This document shows positions 1 to 8,086 of a stretch of 40,110 bases of DNA, piece after piece; position 1 is the stretch's first letter, and every line of letters begins with the position of its first letter. A model generated the notes under the pieces. That model was not told the origin of the DNA, did no database searches, and worked only from the letters and a program-made list of their open reading frames with translations. Where the stretch lies: the NCBI GenBank assembly GCA_964236955.1, contig CAXSGP010000039.1:1-40110 (forward strand). The letters run 5' to 3'. This stretch comes from an uncultured Oligoflexus sp. Its GTDB lineage: Bacteria; Bdellovibrionota_B; Oligoflexia; Oligoflexales; Oligoflexaceae. A program made the translations under genes and the position numbers.

Positions 1-55
1 ACTGCTTCCAAAGCGACTTTAGCCTTAAATTCGGCTGTATGAACTTTTCTTTTCA
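1..55 (-). pseudogene. IS3 OrfA transposase N-terminus; start codon split (A at 1951, TG at 55-54)
   Basis: Joining 1951 to 55 on the minus strand gives GGAGGTCTC-ATG AAA AGA AAA GTT CAT ACA GCC GAA TTT AAG GCT AAA GTC GCT TTG GAA GCA. Confidence 0.88.
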
Positions 56-1950
56 GTGCGCCACGAGGCGCGCACTTGTCAGCGGGAGATAGACCCGTCG
101 GGAAAGTGGCGACCCACCACACCCGTATATAGGTTTGGAGCCATGGAGGTGACGATATGGTTTAAGCGTAACCAATGAGAGATACGAAGCCGCAATCCGC
201 AAGGATGAAGCGATTGAGCCTCGACATAAAGCATCCGGAGTGGCTGCCAGGCTTGAAAACCTGATGCCGCTACATCGCAATTACCGACATGGGCATGGAG
301 ATTGTGGCACTCCCGGGGTCATAGAGCGTGGCGTAGTATCACAGGCAAGTGCGTGAACGTGGGATATCTCGTGGCCTCTTCAGGACGAAGTACTGGCAAA
401 CAAGTCTAAACGCGAGAATGCCAGGATGGGTTCTACACGAGAAGTCAGATGGGGCATATTACTCCGAGTATGGGAAAGCCATATACATGGGGAAGGCCTC
501 TAGGTTGAATCGCCCTCAAAGAGGAAACGTTATGGGGCCAACAGAGCACCAATTCTCGACGAAAACGAAATTAGAGAGGATAACTTGGTTGTCCAGACGC
601 GATCCCATAAAGAAGTTTGATTGCCTCATGCATCTCTTCAATATGGAATCGCTTACGGCATGTTACCACGAGTTGGACGGGAGAAAGGCTGTCGGTAGCG
701 ATCGTGTGAGCAAGGAGGACTATGGACAAGCGTTAAGTGAGAACATCGAAAGGCTAGTGCCTAGAATGAAAGAGATGGCCTATCGACCGGGTCCTGTACG
801 AGAAGTACTGATACCAAAGGAAGGTCAGGCCGGATCTTATCGCCCTCTTGGAATAGCTAATTTCGAGGACAAAATGGTGCAAAAGATGACATCGAAGATA
901 CTTGAGAGCATTTATGAGCCGATATTTATGGGCTGTTCTTATGGATTCAGACCTGGACGAAGCTGCCATGATGCGATACGAGATCTTAGTAATTATCTTT
1001 ATCGTCATGAAGTTGAATCGATAATTGATGTGGACTTAGCAAATTTCTTCGGGACCATCCGTCCGATGGTGGTAGATGAAATCTTGCGGAAGAAAGTCGG
1101 CGATAGCCGATTCCTACGATACATCCAGCGACTTTTCAAAGCTGGAGTATTGAAAGATGGTGAGCTAACAATGAGCGATGAAGGTGTGCCTCAGGGTTCG
1201 CCCGCAAGTCCCATTATCGCTAATATCGTTGCGCACGAAGTACTAGATGTATGGTTCGATAAAATCGTCAAAGCCCACTGTCGTGGCCGCGTTGAGATAT
1301 TTCGATACTGTGATGATCTGGTTATCTGCTGCCAGTATGCGACGGACGCATTAAGAGTGCATAAATCACTTGGTCTGCGACTGAAGAAATATGGATTGAA
1401 ATTGAATGAAGAAAAGACACGTCTGATCCGCTTCTCCAAGGGGAATATGAAAAGAGGCGAGGCACAGGAGAGTTTCGATTTTCTTGGCTTCACTTTCTAC
1501 CTGGGTAAATCGCGCAAAGGAAGCATCATTCCTAAGCACAAAACCAGTTGTAAACGCCTTAGGAGCAAGTTAAAGCGAGTCAAAGAATGGGTCCGGGATC
1601 ATCGCAGTAAAATGCGACTCCCTGAACTATGGGCGATATTCTGCTCAAAACTTAGGGGGCACGTCGCCTACTATGGGGTATCGTTCAATCAAGAAAGCGT
1701 GGGAAACTTTATCAAAGAATCGATTCGTATTGTCTTCAAATGGTTGAATCGCCGTGGAGGAAGGAAACGAATTTCCTGGGATAAATTCCAGCTGTTTCTA
1801 AACCGAAATCCACCGCCAGCAAATATAGTCCATCACAAACTTTTCACGATACAATCAAGCCAATGATTCAATCTTAAGCCCGTTGCCTTAATAGGGCACG
1901 GCGGGTTTGAACGGGGGGTGCGTTTAGGAGAACTAGCGCATCTACCCTCT
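56..1950 (+). mobile_element. Group II intron (ribozyme plus RT/maturase ORF), endonuclease-less, probably bacterial class E-like
   Basis: 5' GUGCG at 56. EBS1 UGAAAA (254-259) sits in a CAGG/CCUG-closed loop and is complementary to the 5' exon TTTTCA (50-55). Domain V has the AGC triad (1877-1879) and an AC bulge. Domain VI has a bulged A in CUACCC. Both boundaries are confirmed by reconstitution of the IS ATG. Confidence 0.95.
532..1866 (+). CDS. ltrA: Group II intron reverse transcriptase/maturase
   Basis: RT motifs RPLGI, SYGFRPGRS, GVPQGS, RYCDD and FDFLGF, then an X/thumb domain, with no HNH. The frame is open from 349, but ATG 532 follows a GAGGA RBS at 521-525. Confidence 0.93.
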   Translation: MGPTEHQFSTKTKLERITWLSRRDPIKKFDCLMHLFNMESLTACYHELDGRKAVGSDRVSKEDYGQALSENIERLVPRMKEMAYRPGPVREVLIPKEGQAGSYRPLGIANFEDKMVQKMTSKILESIYEPIFMGCSYGFRPGRSCHDAIRDLSNYLYRHEVESIIDVDLANFFGTIRPMVVDEILRKKVGDSRFLRYIQRLFKAGVLKDGELTMSDEGVPQGSPASPIIANIVAHEVLDVWFDKIVKAHCRGRVEIFRYCDDLVICCQYATDALRVHKSLGLRLKKYGLKLNEEKTRLIRFSKGNMKRGEAQESFDFLGFTFYLGKSRKGSIIPKHKTSCKRLRSKLKRVKEWVRDHRSKMRLPELWAIFCSKLRGHVAYYGVSFNQESVGNFIKESIRIVFKWLNRRGGRKRISWDKFQLFLNRNPPPANIVHHKLFTIQSSQ

Positions 1951-2182
1951 TGAGACCTCCGAGACCTTCCTGGCAGAGTATGCCATTGCAACTTAACTAA
2001 GTCACTGGTCTAGTTTTCGGGGTCCTTCTCAGTTCAATGGTAGTCGAGATTTTCCGACTCACCTAAAGTCTGTCCGAAACCTCTCAAGTAAGAGTTGATG
2101 TCATCGCGAAGCGAGGATCGAACTAACTGGACAAAATAATTCGGTGATTCTATAAAAATAGATCCTGTTAGAAAGGAAACGT

Positions 2183-2617
2183 ATGGTCAGCTTTCGAGAA
2201 GTGAAGATTGAAGATGCTGAACAAGTTGCAGAATTAATAACCCAACTTGGATATCAGACTGACAAAATACAAATGACTGATCGATTGCAGAACTTGATTC
2301 ATAAGTCAGATCGCGCAACGATTGTAGCTGAAGTGGACGGTGCTGTTACTGGCATCATAGGAATGAATATCAGCCCATATTATGAAAAAGATGGCCTTTA
2401 TGGACGTATCGTTGTGTTAGTTGTGAATGAAAGACATCGCGGAAAAAACATCGGAAAGAACCTCCTAAATCAGGCTGAGCAATGGTTTCGTAAGAATGAA
2501 GCTAGCGATGTTGTTGTCAATAGCGGCGTTCAACGCATGGATACTCATCGGTTTTATGAAAAATTTGGCTACGAAAAAACTGGCTTTCGTTTCGTTAAAA
2601 AGATCATTGCAAAATGA
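2183..2617 (+). CDS. GNAT family N-acetyltransferase
   Basis: VVNERHRGKNIGKNLL acetyl-CoA motif A and RFYEKFGY; AAGGA RBS. Confidence 0.88.
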   Translation: MVSFREVKIEDAEQVAELITQLGYQTDKIQMTDRLQNLIHKSDRATIVAEVDGAVTGIIGMNISPYYEKDGLYGRIVVLVVNERHRGKNIGKNLLNQAEQWFRKNEASDVVVNSGVQRMDTHRFYEKFGYEKTGFRFVKKIIAK

Positions 2618-2678
2618 CCGTTCAGAATCAGGGCTTGCATGTCTATTCAGTTATTTATCAGCATATTGCCAGGGCAAA

Positions 2679-3170
2679 ATGCATATTCTCAAGCAAGCGC
2701 ATTCAAACGACGCGGATAAACTTTGGTCTCTTCGAACTAAAACGATTTTAGCCATTCCATCGTCATTTTATGAAAAAGCATCTACTGAGATGTGGGCTAA
2801 TAAGCGTCAATTTCCTCAATTTAAATCTATAATCGAAGAAAACTTCTATCTTATTTATGAGTTGAAAAATGAGATCGGTGCAGGTGGTTTTTTAGATTTA
2901 AAGAATCAATCTATCGAAGCAATGTATGTTGCGCCTGAGTTACAAGGAAAGGGAATAGGAAAATCTATTTTAAATGCTCTTCTATTAGAAGCCCGAAAGA
3001 GAGAAATGAAAACGGTTTCTCTATCCTCGACCCTAAATGCAGAAAAATTCTATACGTCACTTGGCTTTAAGAGCCTGGGTTTGTCGAAATACAGATTTGA
3101 AAATGGGCAACAGTTTGACTGTGTCGAAATGAAAATCGAACTTGACGCACCTTACATATGCGGACTTTAA
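2679..3170 (+). CDS. GNAT family N-acetyltransferase
   Basis: MYVAPELQGKGIGKSIL and NAEKFYTSLGF. Start placed at ATG 2679 to avoid overlap with the upstream gene (the ORF track starts it at 2496). Confidence 0.85.
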   Translation: MHILKQAHSNDADKLWSLRTKTILAIPSSFYEKASTEMWANKRQFPQFKSIIEENFYLIYELKNEIGAGGFLDLKNQSIEAMYVAPELQGKGIGKSILNALLLEARKREMKTVSLSSTLNAEKFYTSLGFKSLGLSKYRFENGQQFDCVEMKIELDAPYICGL

Positions 3171-3387
3171 TATTTAAAAAAGTAGTAATGTGAGCTAGGC
3201 ATTTTTACGTCTTTAAGATTGTTCGCGTAGGCGTTCGGTCCCACGGCTTACTCCCGCCGCTAGGCATCTCGGTACGCCATAGGTGGACAGAATCCTGACG
3301 AAAGCGATCATGGAAAAACGGGTCGTCTTCGAGGCCGAATTCAAGAATTAAAGATCGCCGCGCATATCCGTGACCCGAGAAAATCCC

Positions 3388-4206
3388 TCACATCTGGTCA
3401 GCATTTCTCGAATTATCCGTCCAAGGAAACCATTCAGGAATCTTTCCCGATATCAGAAGAATTCCCAGGATGACAAATGGAATACTCAAGAGCTGCCCCA
3501 TATTCAGGAGCATATTGCTTTCGAACGAAACTTGGTTTTCTTTCGTGAATTCGATTAGAATTCTGCTCAGAAATATCCACGAGAGCATTAAACCTATCAG
3601 TTGCCCTCTGGCCACACTTGATCTTTTGAAATAGAATCGATAGAGAATACCGGTCAGCACGAAATAACTTATCGCTTCGTAAAGCATGGATGGATGCCTA
3701 GGAATGTTATCATGATTTTAAGTGAAAATAATTGCCCAAGGAAGATCTGATGGATGCCCAAGAATTTCGGAGTTGAAAAAGTTTCCTATTCTTATGCAAC
3801 CTGCTGTGAAAGCTACTCCGATGGAAAGTCTGTCAGCGAGCCACAGATAACTCAGGTCCTGATGTTTCCTATGATAGATCCATACGGCAAGCAACACTCC
3901 TATGGCTCCTCCATGACTTGCCAATCCACCTTGCCAAACAAATAGTATGCTCAGAGGATTCTGGAGATACTCTAGAGGAGCATAGAACAGACAATGCCCC
4001 AATCGGGCACCGATTATCGTCCCGATAACAATATGCGTAAGAAGCGAAGAAAGATCCTCGGTCGATCGACCTTCTTTTTGAAATATTCTCTGTGTTATTG
4101 AATAGCCAACCAAAAAGCCTAGGGCAAACATCAGCCCATACCATCGTGGGCCAAACGAGCCGATTTTAAAGATCTCCTTTTGAAAATCCCAAACAAAGTG
4201 ATTCAT
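3388..4206 (-). pseudogene. lgt: Prolipoprotein diacylglyceryl transferase with an in-frame TAA at 3718-3720
   Basis: Lgt motifs RWYGL, GARLGHCLFY, GGLASHGG, RIGNFFNSE and PRHPSMLYEA. Both halves are in the same frame: WAIIFT*NHDNIPRHPSMLYEA. Confidence 0.88.
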
Positions 4207-4243
4207 TCAAAATGTCCTTCACAAGACCGGCCTTAAGCCTAGA

Positions 4244-4657
4244 TTAATAAGCGATAAAGAGACTAGGTAGTACAATTATCGCGGTAACAACTTTGAGGAC
4301 AAAATCTTTGGGTAGACGTGAATGTCTCAGCCCCAAATGGTTCAAGGTCGCCTTAAGCATTTTGGTCGCTCCGTAGATTTTCGAAAAATCCATATCGCCT
4401 AAGTGGGCTTTATCTTCTCGAAGAAAAAGCGACCCCTTCTCTATGGTTTCTGGAATCTGTTGAATCTCAAGTCTGAGGTCATTAAGCCTTTTTTCATTCA
4501 AGCGGGCGGAAATCCACTCCTCGATTTCTTCCTTTTGATGAGAAGTCATCTTAATGGATGCCGATGGAATGAACTCAAACGACGCTCGATCTATAGTTCC
4601 GACTTCTTTGCGCCGGATTCGGAGTTCGAATTTCAGAATCGTTCGCAGCAGGACCAA
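4244..4657 (-). CDS. Hypothetical protein, possibly 5'-truncated, with a C-terminal hydrophobic segment
   Basis: Open frame with protein-like composition, co-oriented with lgt. Its 5' end overlaps the integrase remnant on the other strand, so the start is doubtful. Confidence 0.35.
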   Translation of the reverse strand: MVLLRTILKFELRIRRKEVGTIDRASFEFIPSASIKMTSHQKEEIEEWISARLNEKRLNDLRLEIQQIPETIEKGSLFLREDKAHLGDMDFSKIYGATKMLKATLNHLGLRHSRLPKDFVLKVVTAIIVLPSLFIAY

Positions 4658-5172
4658 CGAACTTAATTGGTAAGGCCGCTATCGAAAGAGAAAAAAATAC
4701 TTTCATCGCGTCAATAAATGATCGGCACAAGCCGGTAGCGTTCCTTCACGTCCAAGCGGCGGAAAAAGCGAACATAAAGAACAAGCAGGTATCGAATCTT
4801 CTCGGCACTCCCGATGACGATCCGAAGAGTGGCCCTTACTTCGCTTGCTGCCTTTCCATAGAGCTTGGAAAGATGATTGCCGAGGCGATTAAGAATGGCG
4901 AGCACTTGCGCCCTAAAGGTTTTACCTTATATTCGGTTCGCAATTCGATTCTAAAATTGCCCGATGACGTCTCCAACGTGAAGTTTGATCTTTGGAAAAC
5001 TCACGATTTTCGACGCGCTCATATCACTCTTGCCGCTCTTGCCTGGGGAAGTTTCGGCGACGTCGCGAAAGCTCATGGTCAAGCTTCAGAGATGACAGCG
5101 CGAAGATATTTTCAATGGGGATTGGCCATGAAGAGAAACGAAGAGACAGTCGAGTTTGTACTAAACCTCTAG
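4597..5172 (+). pseudogene. Tyrosine recombinase/integrase catalytic domain, N-terminally truncated
   Basis: The frame of ORF 4873..5172 stays open back to TAG 4594-4596. It contains GFGVRISE (box I Arg), PKSG, HDFRR, HGQ and TARRY (catalytic Tyr), with no start codon before box I. Confidence 0.8.
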
Positions 5173-5175
5173 TCG

Positions 5176-6630
5176 TTATCTTACTTTCACCATTTTTCTC
5201 CCAGTTCGAGCTACACATACACCGTTTCTGATGATGAACGCTTCAACCCAGTGGGTCCCACGAAAACTCGTGCTTTCCCAACGGATAGTTGGAGCGTTCT
5301 TCTCTCCATCTATGAAATCTCCCCGAAGTTCATTGACGCTCGCTGCTTCCTGCCCGCTATTGACAACTTGCCATTTAACGTCGAAAGTCCCAGGTACGTT
5401 CGTTGATACTCTGAATTGAATGTGGGTCTTTTTGCCAATTGGACGGTCAGTAAGGGCGCCGATATTTTTATGGCTATATTTTCCAGGGTGAAGCGTCGCG
5501 GAAATAGCCGCTTTGTACTGCGTAGCTATCGGCCAAAGGGGGGCTTGACAATGATGCGTTGACGCTAAGGCAGGCACCAAAGACAACGGATTCGCCGGTA
5601 AACTTTTTTGCAGACGTTCCGTAAGAACTTCCGCCTTCCTCACGATACCTAATCCCATCATCTGCTCTAGCATTATCTTGGCGCCGAACAAGTCTTTCGC
5701 GGCGAACATTGCGGTAAAGTCAGTTTTCGCTTTCTCTAGCCATAGGAAGATGTCCTTACGTCTTTCGGGGTACTGATTCCACTTGTCTGCGAAATTTTCG
5801 CCCTCATCGGCAGGGTTTTGTACGATATATTTGCCGTCTTTTACCTGAATGAAAACCTCCATTCCATTCAGTATGCCAAGTAACGATGGCTGGAGATCGT
5901 CTTGATTTTGATAGGCCCAAGCGGCCAGCGTCGTGATAATAATTGACACCGGGCGTCGCTCGCACTCGTTGGCAAAGAATACATCCCTATGTCTCTTTAA
6001 AATCTGCACAACTCGTTGAAGGGGAGTTTTTACTTGCCAATCGGGAAGTTCGGCTACTTCCACGCTAATGGATTTGGCAAACGCCGCTCTTTTTTCTAGG
6101 AGCACTATTCTCATGCGATCTTTAAACCAGTCAGCATATTTAATCGGATTGCTGTATTGCCAGTGTCGAAGTTCCTTGTCCGTCAGCGAGATTCCTGTGG
6201 GCAAATTTTCTTCGTTAGGTATTGCTGGAAGAACGTCCATGTGCAACTGATCTGTGAAATTTATTCGCCAGCAACGACGACTTTCAACAACCTTCCCTTT
6301 GAGATCATCGTCAGATTTTAATCGATCACCAACTCTCTTTTTAAGTTCGGCCTGAGTGATAGACGTTTTCTGGATGTCAAGCTCGCAAACCAAATCGATA
6401 TCGTACTCGTCCTTATCGCTCAAAGGTTTTACTACCGTACCCAATCGAAACGAACCTTGAGGATATATTTTTAAAGAGTTCGTAGTCAGCTTCGATTCTT
6501 CATCAGACAAGTGCTCTGCCATTTGAAGATATTTTAACTTTACGTCTTCGTGGAGTTCATCGGGGATGTCAAGAGCTTCGGCAACGGATTTCAAAAGACT
6601 CTCGATATCGGAACGAGCTGTTCTAAACAT
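5176..6630 (-). CDS. CBASS cGAS/DncV-like nucleotidyltransferase (CD-NTase) with a C-terminal AGS-C domain
   Basis: QGSFRLGT...YDIDL...DVLP NTase core, followed by LKRHRD, SIIITTLAA and ENFADKW. The C-terminal KWQVVNSG..A..LRGDF..WEST.F.G.HWVEAF matches AGS-C. Confidence 0.92.
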   Translation of the reverse strand: MFRTARSDIESLLKSVAEALDIPDELHEDVKLKYLQMAEHLSDEESKLTTNSLKIYPQGSFRLGTVVKPLSDKDEYDIDLVCELDIQKTSITQAELKKRVGDRLKSDDDLKGKVVESRRCWRINFTDQLHMDVLPAIPNEENLPTGISLTDKELRHWQYSNPIKYADWFKDRMRIVLLEKRAAFAKSISVEVAELPDWQVKTPLQRVVQILKRHRDVFFANECERRPVSIIITTLAAWAYQNQDDLQPSLLGILNGMEVFIQVKDGKYIVQNPADEGENFADKWNQYPERRKDIFLWLEKAKTDFTAMFAAKDLFGAKIMLEQMMGLGIVRKAEVLTERLQKSLPANPLSLVPALASTHHCQAPLWPIATQYKAAISATLHPGKYSHKNIGALTDRPIGKKTHIQFRVSTNVPGTFDVKWQVVNSGQEAASVNELRGDFIDGEKNAPTIRWESTSFRGTHWVEAFIIRNGVCVARTGRKMVKVR

Positions 6631-6636
6631 ATTTTC

Positions 6637-7590
6637 TCAACTATGTATCGGTGTATAGATGCTTGCGCGATGGCCGCAGAATTTTGCTTTGAAAGTCGGT
6701 GCGAAATTCCTGCTGTGAAAAGCACCTTTGGCTAACAAATCATCGGTTTTTGAGATGCCATCAAGTGTAAAAGTTCCATGCGCGACCTTCGGATCGAGTC
6801 GTTCAAATCTCTCTTCGCCAAGGAAAAACTTCGACTGGTTTGCAGCTCCTCGACTTTGACCTCGTAAAATCACGCTTACGCCCTCTTCTTTCCAATGCCA
6901 CTTTCCGCCACGAGTTAGAGAACTCGCTCTTTCGGAAATTTCATCAGAAGTTCCTAAACTGCAAATTGATATTTTATCGAGCGGAACCAATAAAGTCCCT
7001 ATGGCTTCGACTAATGCAACCATCGACGGGTTGTTAGCCCATACGCCCCCATCGACGAGGCGTGCCTTATCAACTTCAGTGCAACTCGGAAAATAAGAAG
7101 GGGCGGAACTTGTCGCCAATGCTGCCTTCCAAATCGGAACTCTATAATCTCGTGCTAGTCGCTCATGGTGAGGTGTACGAAATATATAAACGTCGTCATC
7201 GGTCAGTGAATAGGAGGGGATTACGACACGTTTTTGAAGATCTGCAATACGTTTATCGCCAAAGCATTCCTTTAGAGCATCTGAAAGCGGTTCAGAGGAA
7301 AATTTATTACCAAAATATCCTTTGAATGAACTCTTGCGCCGCTTAAATATCTTTGGACCGTTATTCACGTAAAAATTTACTATTTCTCGTGGTCTGATGC
7401 CGTTCGCGAGAGCGAGCGCAATGATTCCTCCTGTCGAAGTCCCTGCTATGAGATCGAAATGATCACTAACATTGATTTTGAGGTCTTCTTCTAGGTTGGC
7501 GAGGATCGCGGCTGACATGAGACCTTTGATCCCGCCCCCGTCAAGAGACAGAATTTGAAACTTCGGAGTTGAGTTTTCCAAGATAAGCAC
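6637..7590 (-). CDS. CBASS patatin-like phospholipase effector (CapV-like)
   Basis: LSLDGGGIKG, GTSTG and DGGVWANNP motifs; ends 6 bp upstream of the CD-NTase. Confidence 0.92.
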   Translation of the reverse strand: MLILENSTPKFQILSLDGGGIKGLMSAAILANLEEDLKINVSDHFDLIAGTSTGGIIALALANGIRPREIVNFYVNNGPKIFKRRKSSFKGYFGNKFSSEPLSDALKECFGDKRIADLQKRVVIPSYSLTDDDVYIFRTPHHERLARDYRVPIWKAALATSSAPSYFPSCTEVDKARLVDGGVWANNPSMVALVEAIGTLLVPLDKISICSLGTSDEISERASSLTRGGKWHWKEEGVSVILRGQSRGAANQSKFFLGEERFERLDPKVAHGTFTLDGISKTDDLLAKGAFHSRNFAPTFKAKFCGHRASIYTPIHS

Positions 7591-7670
7591 CCGCGTTCGA
7601 TAAGATTTTCGGGTGAGTCTATAAGAATAGTACGAAGCTGTCCAAGGATTCGGAGTAGCGCCGCGAAGGT

Positions 7671-8039
7671 TTAAAGGGCCGGTTGAAACTTAAAGATGCG
7701 CTTGTTAAAACCGACCATACGACGGCAATAATCGTTGATCCAAAACAGGTCCTTTTGCTCAAGCGAGTCACTTTCTACCCGCATGCCAATCTCAACTGCG
7801 TTCTCTACAGTTGAAAGCCACCCACCGAGGAAGTCTCGCCAGTGCGGAGTTCCTGACTTAGCGTCGTCTTCGAAAACGATCTTGTAACGTCGTGATGATG
7901 AGTTTGTGTTGAGGTCTTGGTTTGCTATTCCATTTACCATTTCGACCCTCAAAAAGTCCCGAAAGCTTTTCACACCAAAGTGTTCAAACGAAAAAATCAA
8001 ATTGGTAACGCTACTCAAAATCTGGCTACCATTCCGCAA
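7671..8039 (-). CDS. Hypothetical protein
   Basis: 122-aa ORF between the tRNA terminator and CBASS; no recognised motif and the start is uncertain. Confidence 0.35.
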   Translation of the reverse strand: MRNGSQILSSVTNLIFSFEHFGVKSFRDFLRVEMVNGIANQDLNTNSSSRRYKIVFEDDAKSGTPHWRDFLGGWLSTVENAVEIGMRVESDSLEQKDLFWINDYCRRMVGFNKRIFKFQPAL

Positions 8040-8050
8040 ATTCCAGACAC

Positions 8051-8077
8051 AAAAAAAGGAACCTAAGTTCCTTTTTT
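8051..8077. terminator. Intrinsic (bidirectional-type) terminator after tRNA-Leu
   Basis: AAAAAAA-GGAAC-CTAA-GTTCC-TTTTTT, 10 bp past the tRNA discriminator. Confidence 0.8.
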
Positions 8078-8086
8078 AGTAGAAAG

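Larger units (their letters stand above)
1..2031 (-). mobile_element. IS3-family insertion sequence, left part (continues beyond the window start), interrupted by a group II intron
   Basis: On the minus strand, 2031 down to ~2005 reads TGAGAAGGACCCCGAAAACTAGACCAG, an IS3-like IRL starting with TG. It is followed by a GGAGG RBS (1956-1960). After removing 56-1950, the ORF reads MKRKVHTAEFKAKVALEA, a typical IS3 OrfA N-terminus. Confidence 0.88.

Noticed and set aside
349..1866. RT as a retron, DGR or defence-associated RT
   Set aside because: Flanking GUGCG, EBS1/IBS1, domain V and domain VI identify a standard group II intron-encoded protein.
3290..3325. Hammerhead-like CUGACGA...GAAA
   Set aside because: The intervening sequence cannot form stem II, and stems I and III are absent.
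2618..3387. Integron attC sites flanking the GNAT genes
   Set aside because: No RYYYAAC...GTTRRRY pair with an internal palindrome, and the nearby recombinase lacks IntI features.
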